DNA of 63,943 nt, filler included, from Dicyema japonicum (Eukaryota > Animalia > Dicyemida), in assembly GCA_011109175.1 (NCBI GenBank). It is 7 parts of 7 records of this genome, joined end to end, with 100 filler letters (N's around TTAATTAATTAA, not from the genome) between each part and the next. Parts side by side here need not be neighbours in the genome. Positions count along the whole stretch, not along the records: positions 62,885 to 63,943 come from RDEW01000239.1; 6 more parts are not named here. One strand, 5' to 3'. The notes beneath the pieces were generated by a model. The model had not been told where the DNA came from and ran no database searches. It was given only the letters and a program-made list of their open reading frames with translations. Every line of letters begins with the position of its first letter. The stretch's first letter is position 1. Shown here one piece after another: positions 62,785-63,943 of the stretch. The position numbers and the translations under genes were made by a program.

Positions 62785-62884
62785 NNNNNNNNNNNNNNNN
62801 NNNNNNNNNNNNNNNNNNNNNNNNNNNNTTAATTAATTAANNNNNNNNNNNNNNNNNNNNNNNNNNNNNNNNNNNNNNNNNNNN

Positions 62885-63180
62885 TCCCAATTTAAGTGTA
62901 TTTGCTGCTTCTAGTCTTGAATGGAAAAAGCTACTTGTTTCGTGACCACACAGACCGATGAAACCGGAGCCGTTGTTTTCGATTAAAGTGTGGTCAAGCA
63001 TTAGGGGAAAAGATTGGCAGGTAGATTCGTTAGAGGTACCAATTTGGCTGTTAGGGATTGATCTTGTACAAATTTGATATTGAAACTCCATAAGCCCATG
63101 AGGCACAAGCATTCTCAACCGTCGGTTTTAAAAGTTGATTGTACTAGACGACAGCGCATTCCCGTAAGTGGTAACTTGCT
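62885..63180 (-). mobile_element. I/Jockey-like LINE post-RT relic
   Basis: YNQLLKPTVENACASWAYG..ISNL.K. Confidence 0.5.
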
Positions 63181-63479
63181 TGTCTTTTGTTTTCTGTTAC
63201 TCTATTTCAAGTTTAACCTCATTTTAATTTATTTTGCTAACTTCCAAACATTTCTGAGGATGGATACCGGTATTCAGATAGCATCTTTTTTTCTGGTATC
63301 TATTTTTGAAAGTAAGATCAAAGATTGGCCGAGAAGTTCTCAGATATACATTGCCGCCAATTGACCGAGATCATCTGGACGCTATATTTCTCTACTAGCA
63401 AATGATTTCTTCTAAAGAAACCTTAAATCCTTGTTACCACGTGCCTAAACACATAGTAAATTTAAATAAATCAGTTCTG

Positions 63480-63870
63480 ATTGAAGATGTTGTTTAACAG
63501 TTGTGTACTCATGTTTCGATACCTTTTCCTTCCTAGTGAAGTCATATCAGTAAGGTTCTATTAATGTGTTCTATGCTTTTTTCCTTCGTTCAATTTGCGT
63601 CAAGTTATCTGCATGTTTCACAATGCCTTAATTATCCAGATGGCATCGAAGCGTTCTTTTGCGTTTCCCTCAGTTGAGGGTTTCCAACAACAGCAAATCT
63701 GGATGGCCAGACTTTTTATATTGTACCCCAATATCCGGTCTACTGTGCTTGAAAACCACCAAGGTTCTAACAAAACTATCTACCTTGATCTGGACCTCTG
63801 TGATCTCTATTACAGAATTCACCTTCTGATTCCGCAACTTTCTGGCGTGGCAAATAACATACTTATAGCA
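63480..63870 (-). mobile_element. R4/Dong-like RLE fragment
   Basis: IEITEVQIKVDSFVRT....HSRPDIGVQYKK (RLE PD motif context). Confidence 0.55.
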
Positions 63871-63943
63871 TAGAAATTAAAAAATTATAACTAATTGACA
63901 TCTAATTAAGAGTAAACAAAGCTTAACATCTTTTGGCTCCAGG

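Overview
Eukaryotic, very AT-rich draft scaffold from an animal with miniature GT-AG introns (23-35 nt where I could delimit them). That size range resembles dicyemid mesozoans or myxozoans; the taxon is inference only. Six 100-bp gaps carry an artificial TTAATTAATTAA linker, so adjacency across them is unproven, and several exact or near-exact tandem duplications look like assembly artefacts. Host genes recognisable from translated motifs: a 5-repeat protocadherin-like gene, a Sesquipedalian/PHETA-like PH gene, MRGBP/Eaf7, ANP32-like, WASP/N-WASP-like, GPATCH4-like, a decayed LRR gene, CCDC87-like and the 3' half of glycogen phosphorylase. Most of the rest is nested, deleted transposable-element debris: CRE-clade non-LTR elements (one with an N-terminal PHD finger), RTE, I/Jockey-like and R4-like LINE pieces, many pogo/Tigger-type DNA transposons that all lack the catalytic domain, an IS630/Tc1 element with an open transposase and minisatellite-built TIRs, a Helitron, and mariner, Merlin and Ginger-like fragments. 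I cannot prove a new biological system. The best candidates are the composite cargo-carrying pogo nest (30087-35047), the systematic HTH-only pogo derivatives, the PHD-CRE family with recurrent truncation points, and the minisatellite-TIR Tc1.
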